The position numbers and the translations under genes were made by a program. Positions 1 to 9,602 of a DNA stretch of 32,000 bases are shown one piece after another; positions within the stretch are counted from its first letter, which is position 1; each line of letters opens with the position of its first letter. Source of the DNA: Deinococcus radiodurans R1 = ATCC 13939 = DSM 20539 (lineage in GTDB: Bacteria; Deinococcota; Deinococci; Deinococcales; Deinococcaceae); NCBI RefSeq assembly GCF_000008565.1, contig NC_001263.1:1124929-1156928 (forward strand), written 5' to 3'. The notes under the pieces are model-generated. The model was not told where the DNA came from, searched no databases, and saw only the letters and a program-made list of their open reading frames with translations.

Positions 1-699
1 CCGCACCCCATGCAGCGAGGGCGGCGTGCGCTGCTCGTGAATGGCGAGTGCCAGTCCTTCCACAATTGCGGTCTTGCCCACGCCGGGGTCGCCGATCAGC
101 ACCGGGTTGTTCTTGGTGCGCCGGGTCAGGATCTGGGTCACGCGCCGGATTTCCTCCGAGCGGCCAATCACCGGGTCGAGTTTGCCCTCGCGGGCCCACT
201 TCGTCAGGTCGCGCCCGTACTCGTCGAGAAAAGGCGTGGGCACCGGCTTGGCCGCCTTGCCGCCCTCACCGCTGTCCTCGGCCAGGATGCGCCAGCGAAT
301 CGTCTCGACATCCTTGGTGAGGTCTTGCAGGATGCGGAACGCCACCCCGTCGCCCTCCCGAATAATGCCGAGCAGGATGTGCTGGGTGGAGGTGGTCTGC
401 GAGCCCAGGGCGCGGGCCTCGGCGCCCGAAAGCTCCATCACCCGGCGGGCGCGGGGCGTGATGCTCGGGGCGTCGTTGAGGCGGCTGCCCTCGCCGCGGC
501 CAATGATGTCCTCGACCTTGCGGCGCAGCGAGTCGAGGGTGGCCCCGAACTCGCCCAGAATCTGCGCGGCGCTTCCTCCCTCGCGCATCAGGCCCAGCAG
601 CAGATGTTCGGGCCCGACCATCGCGTGGCCCAGACGGTTGCCCTCTTCACGGGCGTAGTGAAAGACGAGCCGGGCGCGGTCATCGAATCGGTTGGTCAT
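1..699 (-). CDS. clpC: ATP-dependent Clp protease ATP-binding subunit ClpC, N-terminal part (the gene runs off the window start)
   Basis: Absent from the ORF track because there is no stop in the window. Hand translation of the minus strand from ATG 699-697 gives [37 protein letters not shown] (Clp_N repeat). Near position 1 it gives [21 protein letters not shown], the Walker A of the first AAA+ module. A GGAGGAG RBS lies about 9 nt upstream. The listed + ORFs at 10..735 and 41..658 are its antisense shadows. Confidence 0.9.
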   Translation of the reverse strand, partial: MTNRFDDRARLVFHYAREEGNRLGHAMVGPEHLLLGLMREGGSAAQILGEFGATLDSLRRKVEDIIGRGEGSRLNDAPSITPRARRVMELSGAEARALGSQTTSTQHILLGIIREGDGVAFRILQDLTKDVETIRWRILAEDSGEGGKAAKPVPTPFLDEYGRDLTKWAREGKLDPVIGRSEEIRRVTQILTRRTKNNPVLIGDPGVGKTAIVEGLALAIHEQRTPPSLHGVR

Positions 700-923
700 A
701 GGGCGTTGCTCCTCCCTTGGGGTGTCTCTGGTTAAGCTCTGGGGTCAAACTCTGGGGCTCTGCGGCGTGGTGCCTTGCGGGCCCGCGCTTTTTTCCTCTG
801 CCAGGTACCCCTGGGCACGGCTCAGGCAGGGAACAGGCCCGTGCAGCATAGCGCCCACCCCGCAGGCGGGCAGGTTGACAGCTCACCATCTGGGCGTGGG
901 CAAAAGGGGGATGAAGACTAGGC

Positions 924-1946
924 TCAGGGCTGCTCGCGGTCGAGCTTGGCGAAGATCATGCGGCCCACGTTGGTCTGCACGTTGTTGACGACGACCACGT
1001 GGGCGGGCTTGCCACGCAGTTTCAGGCCTTCCTCGACGACCACCATGGTGCCGTCTTCGAGGTAGCCCACGCCCTGCCCCTGCTGCTGCCCGCCCTTACT
1101 GATGGTGACGGTCAGGGTGTCGCCCGCCTGAAGTTGGGGGCGCAGCGCCACTGCCGCCTCGTGGATGCTGAGGATATCGAGCCCGTGCAGCTTGGCGACC
1201 TTGGCGAGGTTGGTGTCGTTGGTGAGCAGCTTGGCCCCCGTTTCGCGGGCGAGCCGAATCAGTTTGTCGTCGGTGGTGGGCAGGTGGGGGTCGTCCCAGT
1301 CCTCGATCCGCAGGGGCCGCAGCTCGCGCAGTTCTTCAAGGACGCTCAGGCCGCGTTTGCCGCGCGTGCGCTTGTTGGCGTCGGCATTGTCCGACAGCGT
1401 CTGCAACTCGCGCAGGATAAAGGCCGGCACGATCAGATCCCCGTCGAGAAACCCCGTCTGCGCGAGCGCCACGATGCGCCCGTCGATAATCACGTTGGAA
1501 TCCAGAATTTTGCCGCCGGGCTTGCGCCGCACCTGCGCGAACGACAGCGCCCCGAACGCGTCGGCGTTGCGGACCGCGTAGGTCATGAAAAAGGCAGCCA
1601 GGATGGCAGTTACGGCCACGCTCAGCAGCCACGAGTAAAACGGCAGGCCGCGCAGCAGACTGGTCAGCAGCACGCTGAGCAGCAGCGCCACGATCAACCC
1701 GAAAGTCGCCGCCGCCACCGTGGTCGGCGCGAGCCGCTCGTACCACGTCCGGAAGCGCTCGGCCCAGCGCAGCGCGAATTTCTCGGCGCGCGGCGCGAGG
1801 AGCAGCGCCGACAGGGCGCCCGCCAGCATCAGGCTGACGGTGTTGATGGCGGCGGTTTCGGGCGGACCGCTGAGCGCCAGGATCTGCCCGCCGCTGTATC
1901 CCAGCACCAACCCCAGCGCCATCAGGGCGAGACGAAAGAACATCAT
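924..1946 (-). CDS. PIN/TRAM domain-containing integral membrane protein (YacL-like)
   Basis: 340-aa ORF. The N-terminal ~120 aa form about 4 hydrophobic helices. A PIN-like core follows (KILDSNVIIDGRI...LTNDTNLAKVA). The C-terminus is a TRAM-like beta domain (GDTLTVTISKGGQQQGQGVGYLEDGTMVVVE...VNNVQTNVGRMIFAKL). It lies upstream of clpC, as yacL does in Firmicutes. Confidence 0.8.
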   Translation of the reverse strand: MMFFRLALMALGLVLGYSGGQILALSGPPETAAINTVSLMLAGALSALLLAPRAEKFALRWAERFRTWYERLAPTTVAAATFGLIVALLLSVLLTSLLRGLPFYSWLLSVAVTAILAAFFMTYAVRNADAFGALSFAQVRRKPGGKILDSNVIIDGRIVALAQTGFLDGDLIVPAFILRELQTLSDNADANKRTRGKRGLSVLEELRELRPLRIEDWDDPHLPTTDDKLIRLARETGAKLLTNDTNLAKVAKLHGLDILSIHEAAVALRPQLQAGDTLTVTISKGGQQQGQGVGYLEDGTMVVVEEGLKLRGKPAHVVVVNNVQTNVGRMIFAKLDREQP

Positions 1947-2067
1947 GCGTTTGCCAGTGTACCCGCTGCTTGATCAGCCGTCAGGATCATCCCTGCCGCA
2001 AGCCGCCCCGCCGCCGTCCCAGGACCGGTCGCCGCGTTGTCACTGCCGGGGTGTCAGGGCCGGGGTG

Positions 2068-2796
2068 TCAGGGCTGGAAGGTCGGGGGGGCCGCTTCCCC
2101 GGTGTCGAGCAGCAGCCGCGGCCGGAAGCGCAGGCCGTCGGCAGCGACGAGGTGGGCCGGAATGCCGCCCACGTAGCTCATCGCCCGTTCGGGGGGCACG
2201 CCGTGCAGGTGGCCGTACACCACCACGTCGGGCCGAGCTTCGGTCACGACCTTCATCAGCGGATTCGCCGGGTACGGCGGCGAGGCGGGAGGGTAGTGCA
2301 GCATTAGGATGAAATGGTCGCCCGGTTGCCGCAACCGCTCGGCGGCCCCCACGCTCAGGCGCAGGCGCTCGGCTTCGCGGGTCAGCAGCCGTTCGTCTTC
2401 GGCACTCAGCGGCTCGTAGCCAGGGGTCAGCCAGCCGCGCGAACCGCCAATGACCACGTTGCCGAGCCGCACGGCGTCGTTGACCACCGCGAGCTGATCG
2501 GGGGGCAGGGCCGCACGCAGCCGGCTGGCGGTGGGCCACCAGTAGTCGTGGTTGCCGCGCAGCAGCACCTTGGTGCCGGGGAGGTCGCTCAGCAGCCGCA
2601 GGTCGGTGAGTGCCTCGGGCAGCCGCATCGCCCACGACAGGTCGCCGGGGAGCAGCACCACGTCTTCCGGGCGCACCAGCCCTCGCCAGTGCTCCCAGAT
2701 CGCCTCCGGGTGCCCGGCCCAGCCCGGCCCGAACACCGTCATCGGCTTGGGCTGTGCCGTGGACAGGTGCAGGTCGGCAATGGCAAACACGCGCAT
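2068..2796 (-). CDS. Metallophosphoesterase (calcineurin-like phosphoesterase family)
   Basis: 242-aa ORF starting [12 protein letters not shown] (the D-x-H motif). It also has LLPGDLSWA (GD), LLRGNHDYW (GNH[DE]) and YGHLH motifs. Confidence 0.85.
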   Translation of the reverse strand: MRVFAIADLHLSTAQPKPMTVFGPGWAGHPEAIWEHWRGLVRPEDVVLLPGDLSWAMRLPEALTDLRLLSDLPGTKVLLRGNHDYWWPTASRLRAALPPDQLAVVNDAVRLGNVVIGGSRGWLTPGYEPLSAEDERLLTREAERLRLSVGAAERLRQPGDHFILMLHYPPASPPYPANPLMKVVTEARPDVVVYGHLHGVPPERAMSYVGGIPAHLVAADGLRFRPRLLLDTGEAAPPTFQP

Positions 2797-2884
2797 GACT
2801 TTCAGGATACAGAGGACGGCGCCGCGCGGGAGAGCGGAGCATAAAGAAAACCTCCCGCCCGTTGCCGGGGGGAGATTTGACGCT

Positions 2885-2962
<78 letters not shown>

Positions 2963-3083
2963 TCTCGACCACAAACTTCGCCTCTGCAACAGAGGCAGGG
3001 GGTAGTGTACGCGCGGGTTTTGGGGGCTGTCAAGGTGCGGTGCGGCGGGCATGGCAATTTGTCCGGAGCTGCACTACGCTGGC

Positions 3084-4235
3084 ATGTCTATGATCGCGCA
3101 CGTCATCAATCCGGGGATCAGCGGCGTCAAGCTCGCGTGTGCAGTGATTGAGCCGGGGCAAAACCCGGCCTTCCCCAGCCACTTGCAGGTGAGCCTGACC
3201 CGTGAGGAACTCCCGCTGGAGGCGGCGCCCGACGAACTCGGTCTGGACGCCCTGGCCGAGCGCATTCTGGAGCAGACTGCCGCGTGGCCCGCCCCCGACG
3301 CGGTGGTGGGACGCGGCGGCCTGATGGGCCGGGTGCCTGCCGGGACGTACCACGTCACCCCGGAACTCGCCCGCTACGTCCTTGAAAATGTCTCCGGCTC
3401 ACAGCCTGCCGACGACCCCAATCCGGGCATAGGCGCGCCGCTGGCGCTGCGGGTGGCGCAGGCGCGTGGGGTGCCCGCCTACATCGTGGACCCGCAGAGC
3501 GTGGACGAACTGCTGCCCGAGGCCCACATGACCGGGGTGCCCGGCGTGCGCCGCGAGGCCCGCTTCCACGCCCTCAACGCCCGCGCCGTGGCCCGCCGCG
3601 CCGCCTACGAGGTCGGCAAGCAGTTCCGGGAAGCCCGCGTGGTGGTCGCACACCTCGGGGTGACCACCAGCGTCACGGCCTTCGACCAGGGCCGCGCCAT
3701 CGACACTACGGGTACGGCTCCCGACGGTGGCCCGATGGGTGCCCGCCAGAGCGGTCCACTGCCCACCCGCGCCGTGATTCGGCTGCTCCAGACCCAGAGC
3801 GAGTCCGAGCTGCTGCGCCTGCTCACGCGCGGCAGCGGCTTTTTTGCCCTGACCGGAACGGCGGACCTCAGCGAAATCGAGCGCCGTCAGGAACAGGGTG
3901 AGGACAGCGTAGTGCAGACCGCCATCGCCGCGTTCGTGCATCAGGTGTGCAAGGCCATCGGGGAGCAGACGGCGGCGCTGCCGGGGCGCCCGGACGCGGT
4001 GGCGCTGACCGGCGGCATCGCCCGCTGGGACGCGGTGGTGGACCGCATCGAGCGTCGCCTCGCCTGGGTCGCGCCTTTCATCGTGCTGCCGGGTGAACTC
4101 GAACTCGAAGCGCTCGCTGAGGGCGCGGGCCGGGTGCTGCTCGGCCTCGAAGGGGTGCGCGAGTGGACCCCGGAAGGCGTCACCCTACGCCCCGCCGCGC
4201 CGCTGGTGCAGGTCGAAACGGTGGAGGAAGTCTGA
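3084..4235 (+). CDS. buk: Butyrate kinase-like acyl-phosphate kinase (ASKHA superfamily)
   Basis: The ORF track gives 3051..4235. ATG 3084 (MSMIAHVINPGISGVKLA) best matches the usual Buk N-terminus (M..ILxINPGSTSTK). The C-terminus GGIARWDAVVDRIERRLAWVAPFIVLPGELELEALAEGAGRVL is the typical Buk tail. Start choice among 3051, 3084 and 3090 is uncertain. Confidence 0.75.
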   Translation: MSMIAHVINPGISGVKLACAVIEPGQNPAFPSHLQVSLTREELPLEAAPDELGLDALAERILEQTAAWPAPDAVVGRGGLMGRVPAGTYHVTPELARYVLENVSGSQPADDPNPGIGAPLALRVAQARGVPAYIVDPQSVDELLPEAHMTGVPGVRREARFHALNARAVARRAAYEVGKQFREARVVVAHLGVTTSVTAFDQGRAIDTTGTAPDGGPMGARQSGPLPTRAVIRLLQTQSESELLRLLTRGSGFFALTGTADLSEIERRQEQGEDSVVQTAIAAFVHQVCKAIGEQTAALPGRPDAVALTGGIARWDAVVDRIERRLAWVAPFIVLPGELELEALAEGAGRVLLGLEGVREWTPEGVTLRPAAPLVQVETVEEV

Positions 4236-4615
4236 TGGCCCGCCGCACTGGCCGCCACCACACTGAGCACGAGCCGATTCGGGCGACGAGCATGTGGCGG
4301 GTGGATCAGGTGTTTCTGGCGCGGCGCGGGCAGCGCATCGAAGTCATTTGCTCGCTCGTCAACGACCGGGGCGGCGACCTGCGGCACCTCAGCGTAGTGG
4401 CCCCCACCGACGACCCCGCGCAGGCCGTGCGCCACGCGGCGCGTTTCGTGGCGGGCAAGGGCAACGTGTTCTCAGCCCGCAACGCCCGGGTGCGCTGGGC
4501 GCGCGAGCAGCTCACCACACTGCAAGACGAGTTGATCCGCGACACCGACCTCGAAGACACTTTTCAGGACGAATTCGAGGAGACGCTGGCCGCCGTGCGC
4601 GACCGCCTGCGCTGA
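4235..4615 (+). CDS. Hypothetical protein (~126 aa) with a basic N-terminus and acidic C-terminal helix
   Basis: Its ATG overlaps the buk stop (TGATG at 4233-4237). Third-position GC is high through the ORF. I recognise no motif. An alternative start is ATG 4292 (MWRVDQ...). Confidence 0.45.
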   Translation: MARRTGRHHTEHEPIRATSMWRVDQVFLARRGQRIEVICSLVNDRGGDLRHLSVVAPTDDPAQAVRHAARFVAGKGNVFSARNARVRWAREQLTTLQDELIRDTDLEDTFQDEFEETLAAVRDRLR

Positions 4616-4685
4616 GTGCTGGCCCGGCAAGCTTGACCGGACAGCCCGGATTCTGGCAGTGCAGGAGCGTGTTAGCCTCCACGCC

Positions 4686-5804
4686 ATGACTGACCCCACG
4701 CCGCAGCCGCCCGCCGTCCTCTTCGAACGGGTCGTGGTGGCCGGAGTGGGACTGATCGGGGGCAGCATGGCGTTGGGTCTGCGCGAGCGTGGGCTGGCGC
4801 GCCGCATTGTCGGTTTGGATCTCAACCCCGACGCCCTGCGTGAAGCCGAAGCTCTGGGCGTGGTGGACGAGGTGCGTTCACGCCCTGGCGAGTGGTTGCG
4901 CGAGGCCGATCTCGTGGTGCTGGCGGCCCCGATGCGCTCGCTGGCCCCGCTCGCCGCCGAACTGGCGCCTTTCCTCGACCCGGCGGCGCTCGTCACCGAT
5001 GTCGGCAGCGTCAAGTCGGGCATCGCCGCCGAGTTGCAGGCGCTTGGGGTCCGGCATTTTGTCCCCGGACATCCGATGGCGGGCAGCGAGCGCGGCGGCG
5101 TCACCCACGCCCGCGCCGCGCTGCTGGAAAACGCCGTCTGGGTGATGACGCCGACCGAATTTACCCCGCTGACCGCCCTGACCCGCGTGCGTTCGCTGGT
5201 GGAGGCGCTAGGCGCCGCGCCCGTCGTGATGCCGCCCGAGGCGCATGACCAACTGGTCGCCACCATCAGCCATCTGCCTTACCTCGCCAGCCTCGCGCTG
5301 ACCCACATGGTGGCCCGCGACGAGCGCCTGAGCCTGCTCGCCGCCGGGGGCTTCCGAGACCTGACGCGGGTGGCGAGCGGAGACCCGCTCATGAGCCGTG
5401 ACATGGTGGTCGAAAACCGGGCCGCCCTGCGCGACGCCCTGGGCCGCTTCCGCACCCAGCTTGAGCGTCTCGAAGCCGACCTCGACGACCCCGAAGAACT
5501 CCTTGCCGCCGCCCGCGAAGGCAAGCGCACTCGCGACAGTCTGCCCGTGGTGCGCCGCAGCCTGCTCCCGCTGCGTCACGATCTGGTGGTCGCCCTGCCC
5601 GACCGACCCAACCAGATCCGCGCTGTGACCCAGGCGCTCGGCGCCGAGCGGGTCAACATCAAAGACATTGAAGTGCTGGCGATCCGCGAGGACGGCGGTT
5701 CGCTGCGCCTTGGCCTCGAATCTCCCGAGGATGCTGCCCGTGCCGCCGTCATCCTGCGCGAGGCCGGCTTCGAGGTGCGGGGCCGGGGCGCGGGAACGGC
5801 TTGA
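4686..5804 (+). CDS. tyrA: Prephenate dehydrogenase with a C-terminal ACT-like domain
   Basis: It has a Rossmann motif (VVVAGVGLIGGSMALGL). The core contains HFVPGHPMAGSE and THARAALLENAVWVMTP. The C-terminal part ~LVVALPDRPNQIRAVTQALGAERVNIKDIEV is ACT-like. The track ORF begins at a GTG at 4659, but ATG 4686 is preferred. Confidence 0.85.
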   Translation: MTDPTPQPPAVLFERVVVAGVGLIGGSMALGLRERGLARRIVGLDLNPDALREAEALGVVDEVRSRPGEWLREADLVVLAAPMRSLAPLAAELAPFLDPAALVTDVGSVKSGIAAELQALGVRHFVPGHPMAGSERGGVTHARAALLENAVWVMTPTEFTPLTALTRVRSLVEALGAAPVVMPPEAHDQLVATISHLPYLASLALTHMVARDERLSLLAAGGFRDLTRVASGDPLMSRDMVVENRAALRDALGRFRTQLERLEADLDDPEELLAAAREGKRTRDSLPVVRRSLLPLRHDLVVALPDRPNQIRAVTQALGAERVNIKDIEVLAIREDGGSLRLGLESPEDAARAAVILREAGFEVRGRGAGTA

Positions 5805-5827
5805 CCTGCCAGAGGGGCCAATAAAAG

Positions 5828-5871
5828 GGGAGAGGGGCCGCACACGACACAGGTTGTGCGGCCCCTCTCCC
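5828..5871. terminator. Bidirectional hairpin terminator between convergent tyrA and murA
   Basis: There is a perfect 17-bp stem GGGAGAGGGGCCGCACA / TGTGCGGCCCCTCTCCC with a 10-nt loop. It is flanked by an AAAA run on the left and a T-rich CTTCTT on the right. Confidence 0.7.
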
Positions 5872-5883
5872 TTCTTGCTGTGC

Positions 5884-7164
<1,281 letters not shown>

Positions 7165-7758
7165 GGGGCATTCCTTTGAAAACGCGGCGCGCGGGCGAGG
7201 TCTGGGTCGTGCGCTGGCCGGAGAAGACGTAAAGACATGTGGACAATCTGGTCTGACGTTCCGTACGCCTCTGCTGCAGCCGGCGTGAGGAGTGGAACGC
7301 TAGGCGAGTGCATCTTACACATGCTACTCAAGGTGTGTCTAGCGTCCTGCACGCTGTGTACCTGTTAAAGGAAACGGTCAACTGGTCAGGTCTCGGTGAG
7401 TGTCAGAGAAAACAGGGGCCTGTCGTCTTGTCTCCGTCTGGTCTAGAAACGCTGGCGAAGAGCCTCACATTAAAATCCTCATGAGACTAGAAAATAAGAT
7501 TGTCGTCTTCTATCTCATGAGATGGTGGATTGGGCAGGCTCTGATGGGAGAAAACGCTTCACATAAGAAAGTCTATATTCATCATTAAAACCACATGATG
7601 TGTTCTAACTGCTCTTTTCTGACGAGCCCTCCTCCAGTGAATACTCACGGAAAAGACAATTTTCACAGAATGCTCATGGAGGCTGTCTACCGTAGTGAAA
7701 GGAGCTGATAGAGGTTCAGAACTTCTCTTGCCTTTTTCAGCCGCTTAAGGAGAACCCC

Positions 7759-9030
7759 ATGCGAAAGACCCTCGTGATTTCTTCCATCCTGGCTCTGGGC
7801 CTGGGTGCTGCCAGCGCTCAGACTGCGGCCCCCGTGACCACCACCGCTGCCACTCAAGTGACGCAGTTCACCGACGTTCCTGCCGGCCACTGGGCCAAGG
7901 ACGCCGTTGACCGCATCACCCAGTGCGGCCTGATCCAGGGCTTCCCCGACGGCACCTTCCGTGGGAACGAGAACCTGACCCGTTATCAGGCTGCCCTGAT
8001 TTTCTACCGCATGCTCAGCACCAACGCGCTGTCCACCTGCGGCCTGAGCCAGGGCGACATGACCGTCGTGATGAACGGCATGCAGGAAGTCAGCACCGAA
8101 CTGGCCGCCATCGCCACCCGCGTGGGTGATCTGGAGCGCGTGACCGCCGACCAGACCGCTCGCCTCGCGGCCCTCGAAGAGCGCATCAACGGCATGGCCA
8201 GCGGCACCGCCAACCAGGACGTGACTGCTCTCACCGCCCGTATCGACGCGCTGGAAGCCGCCGTGCGCAACATCCCCGCTGGTCCCCAGGGTCCCGTCGG
8301 TCCTCAGGGCCCCGTCGGCCCCCAGGGTCCTGCTGGTCCTCAGGGTCCTGCCGGCACGGTGACCACCACCGACACCACCACGACGACCACCAACACCACC
8401 ACGACCGATGCGCCCGTGACCAACACCGGCAGCACCACTGTCGTGATCGGCAACGTGCCGACCACCACCGACACCACCGCGAGCAACCTGTACGCGGGCG
8501 TGACCGTCGGCGCCAAGCAGGGTGACAGCAGCCAGCCCTGCGTGACCAAGGTTGGCAAGAACAACGCCGGCAAGGCCGTGGACTACTGCGTCAACATCGG
8601 CGGCGTTGTCGGCGCCAAGAGCGTCTTCGGGCCCGTGGGCGCCCGCGTGGCCGCTGTCTACCAGCCCGGCTGGAACGGCGTGAGCGCTGACGTGGCCGCC
8701 ACTGGCAGCTTCGACGTGGCCGAGAACTTCGGCGTGTACGCTGGCGCCGGTCTGGGCATCACCAACAGCCGTGCCCGTATCGCTGCGGGTCAGACCAACG
8801 CCGGTTACGGCGCCACCACCGGCAGCGCGACCGATCCCTACGCGCTGGGCCTGGTCGGTGTCGAGTACCGCGTGAACAACAGCGTCGCTGTGTTCGTGGA
8901 AGGCAACGGCCGCTACTACCTGAGCAACAAGGGTGTGGGCACCGGTCTGAACACCGCCAGCAGCAGCTACAACGCCAACCAGAAGGGCTTTAACCTCGGC
9001 GGCAAGGCCGGCCTGAAGTTCTTCTTCTAA
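7759..9030 (+). CDS. SLH-domain envelope protein: signal peptide, SLH, coiled coil, collagen-like (GPX)8, Thr-rich linker and C-terminal beta-barrel (SlpA-like outer-membrane to peptidoglycan tether)
   Basis: An AAGGAG RBS lies 6 nt upstream. The signal peptide is MRKTLVISSILALGLGAASAQ. The SLH motif is FTDVPAGHWAKDAVDRITQCGLIQGFPDGTFRGNENLTRYQAALIFYRML. Heptad-like helices follow (LAAIATRVGDLERV...LAALEERI...IDALEAAV). GPQGPVGPQGPVGPQGPAGPQGPAG occupies 8281-8352. The C-terminal half has alternating G/aromatic beta-strand character and ends GLKFFF, an outer-membrane-protein-type terminal Phe. Confidence 0.9.
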   Translation: MRKTLVISSILALGLGAASAQTAAPVTTTAATQVTQFTDVPAGHWAKDAVDRITQCGLIQGFPDGTFRGNENLTRYQAALIFYRMLSTNALSTCGLSQGDMTVVMNGMQEVSTELAAIATRVGDLERVTADQTARLAALEERINGMASGTANQDVTALTARIDALEAAVRNIPAGPQGPVGPQGPVGPQGPAGPQGPAGTVTTTDTTTTTTNTTTTDAPVTNTGSTTVVIGNVPTTTDTTASNLYAGVTVGAKQGDSSQPCVTKVGKNNAGKAVDYCVNIGGVVGAKSVFGPVGARVAAVYQPGWNGVSADVAATGSFDVAENFGVYAGAGLGITNSRARIAAGQTNAGYGATTGSATDPYALGLVGVEYRVNNSVAVFVEGNGRYYLSNKGVGTGLNTASSSYNANQKGFNLGGKAGLKFFF

Positions 9031-9049
9031 GCTCCGCCGAGCTTTGAGA

Positions 9050-9073
9050 CCCCCTCCCCGTGAGGGGGTTTTT
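9050..9073 (+). terminator. Rho-independent terminator of the SLH gene
   Basis: The stem is CCCCCTC / GAGGGGG (7 bp) with a 5-nt loop. It is followed by TTTTTGCTGTTTT and lies 20 nt after the stop codon. Confidence 0.8.
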
Positions 9074-9254
9074 GCTGTTTTGGGCTTTCGCTCCGGTTGT
9101 TCAGCGGGCTTGCGTTAGTGCAGTTCTCCGAATTACGCGTGCGTCGGAACAACGCCGCCACCCGCTCCATTCTCCGTCCTGCTGAGTGTTTTGTACTCGC
9201 TTCGCTCGCCAAAAAGCTATGCCATCTTTTTGGCAAATGCTCTAGACTGACCGA

Positions 9255-9602
9255 ATGCGCGTCATGCCGTTTGTCCAAGTGCTTCTTCTGCTGGCGCTGC
9301 TCGCCTACCTGCTGCTGGTGGGGCTGGAAAATCCTGGCATTGTGCGGCTCCCGCTCCCGCTGGGACGGGGTGAAGTGCTGCTCTCGACCGGCTGGGCAGT
9401 ATCGCTGTTCGCTGTGCTGGGCGGCGGCTATGTGCTGCTGCTGTTGCTGCCGCCCGTGGTGCGCGGTGCCTTACAGCGGCGGACCGAGCGCCGGGAGCGT
9501 CACCTGCTCGAGCGCCGCCTCACCGAGACGCTAGGGGCGCGGGTGGCCCTGACCTCGGCCCCGAGTGCCACGGAGACGGTGGCTGTAGGGGGGAACGAAT
9601 GA
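9255..9602 (+). CDS. Small two-TM membrane protein (LapA/DUF1049-like)
   Basis: There are two hydrophobic helices (VQVLLLLALLAYLLLVGL and WAVSLFAVLGGGYVLLLLL). A basic helical tail follows (RGALQRRTERRERHLLERRL). Its stop overlaps the recJ start as ATGA at 9599-9602. Confidence 0.55.
   Translation: MRVMPFVQVLLLLALLAYLLLVGLENPGIVRLPLPLGRGEVLLSTGWAVSLFAVLGGGYVLLLLLPPVVRGALQRRTERRERHLLERRLTETLGARVALTSAPSATETVAVGGNE

Noticed and set aside
10-735. 241-aa and 205-aa + ORFs at the window start
   Set aside because: They are antisense to clpC, whose minus-strand translation gives Clp_N repeats and a Walker A motif.
772-800. GC hairpin GCGGGCCCGC followed by TTTTTT on the + strand
   Set aside because: The stem is too short once a 4-nt loop is allowed (3 bp). 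No + strand gene ends upstream, so it is probably a chance match.
999-1973. 324-aa + ORF, and other ORFs overlapping 924..1946
   Set aside because: They are antisense or out of frame relative to the PIN/TRAM gene and are Arg/Gln/Gly-rich low complexity.
7400-7588. 62-aa + ORF in the AT-rich spacer
   Set aside because: Its codon usage is A/T-ending and unlike every confident gene here. It starts at a non-ATG codon without an RBS. The region is better explained as regulatory or leader DNA.
9027-9278. 83-aa - ORF and 145-aa + ORF (9097..9534) around the SLH terminator
   Set aside because: They have no RBS and poor codon bias. The minus ORF crosses the terminator hairpin, and the + ORF is out of frame with the more plausible two-TM protein at 9255..9602.
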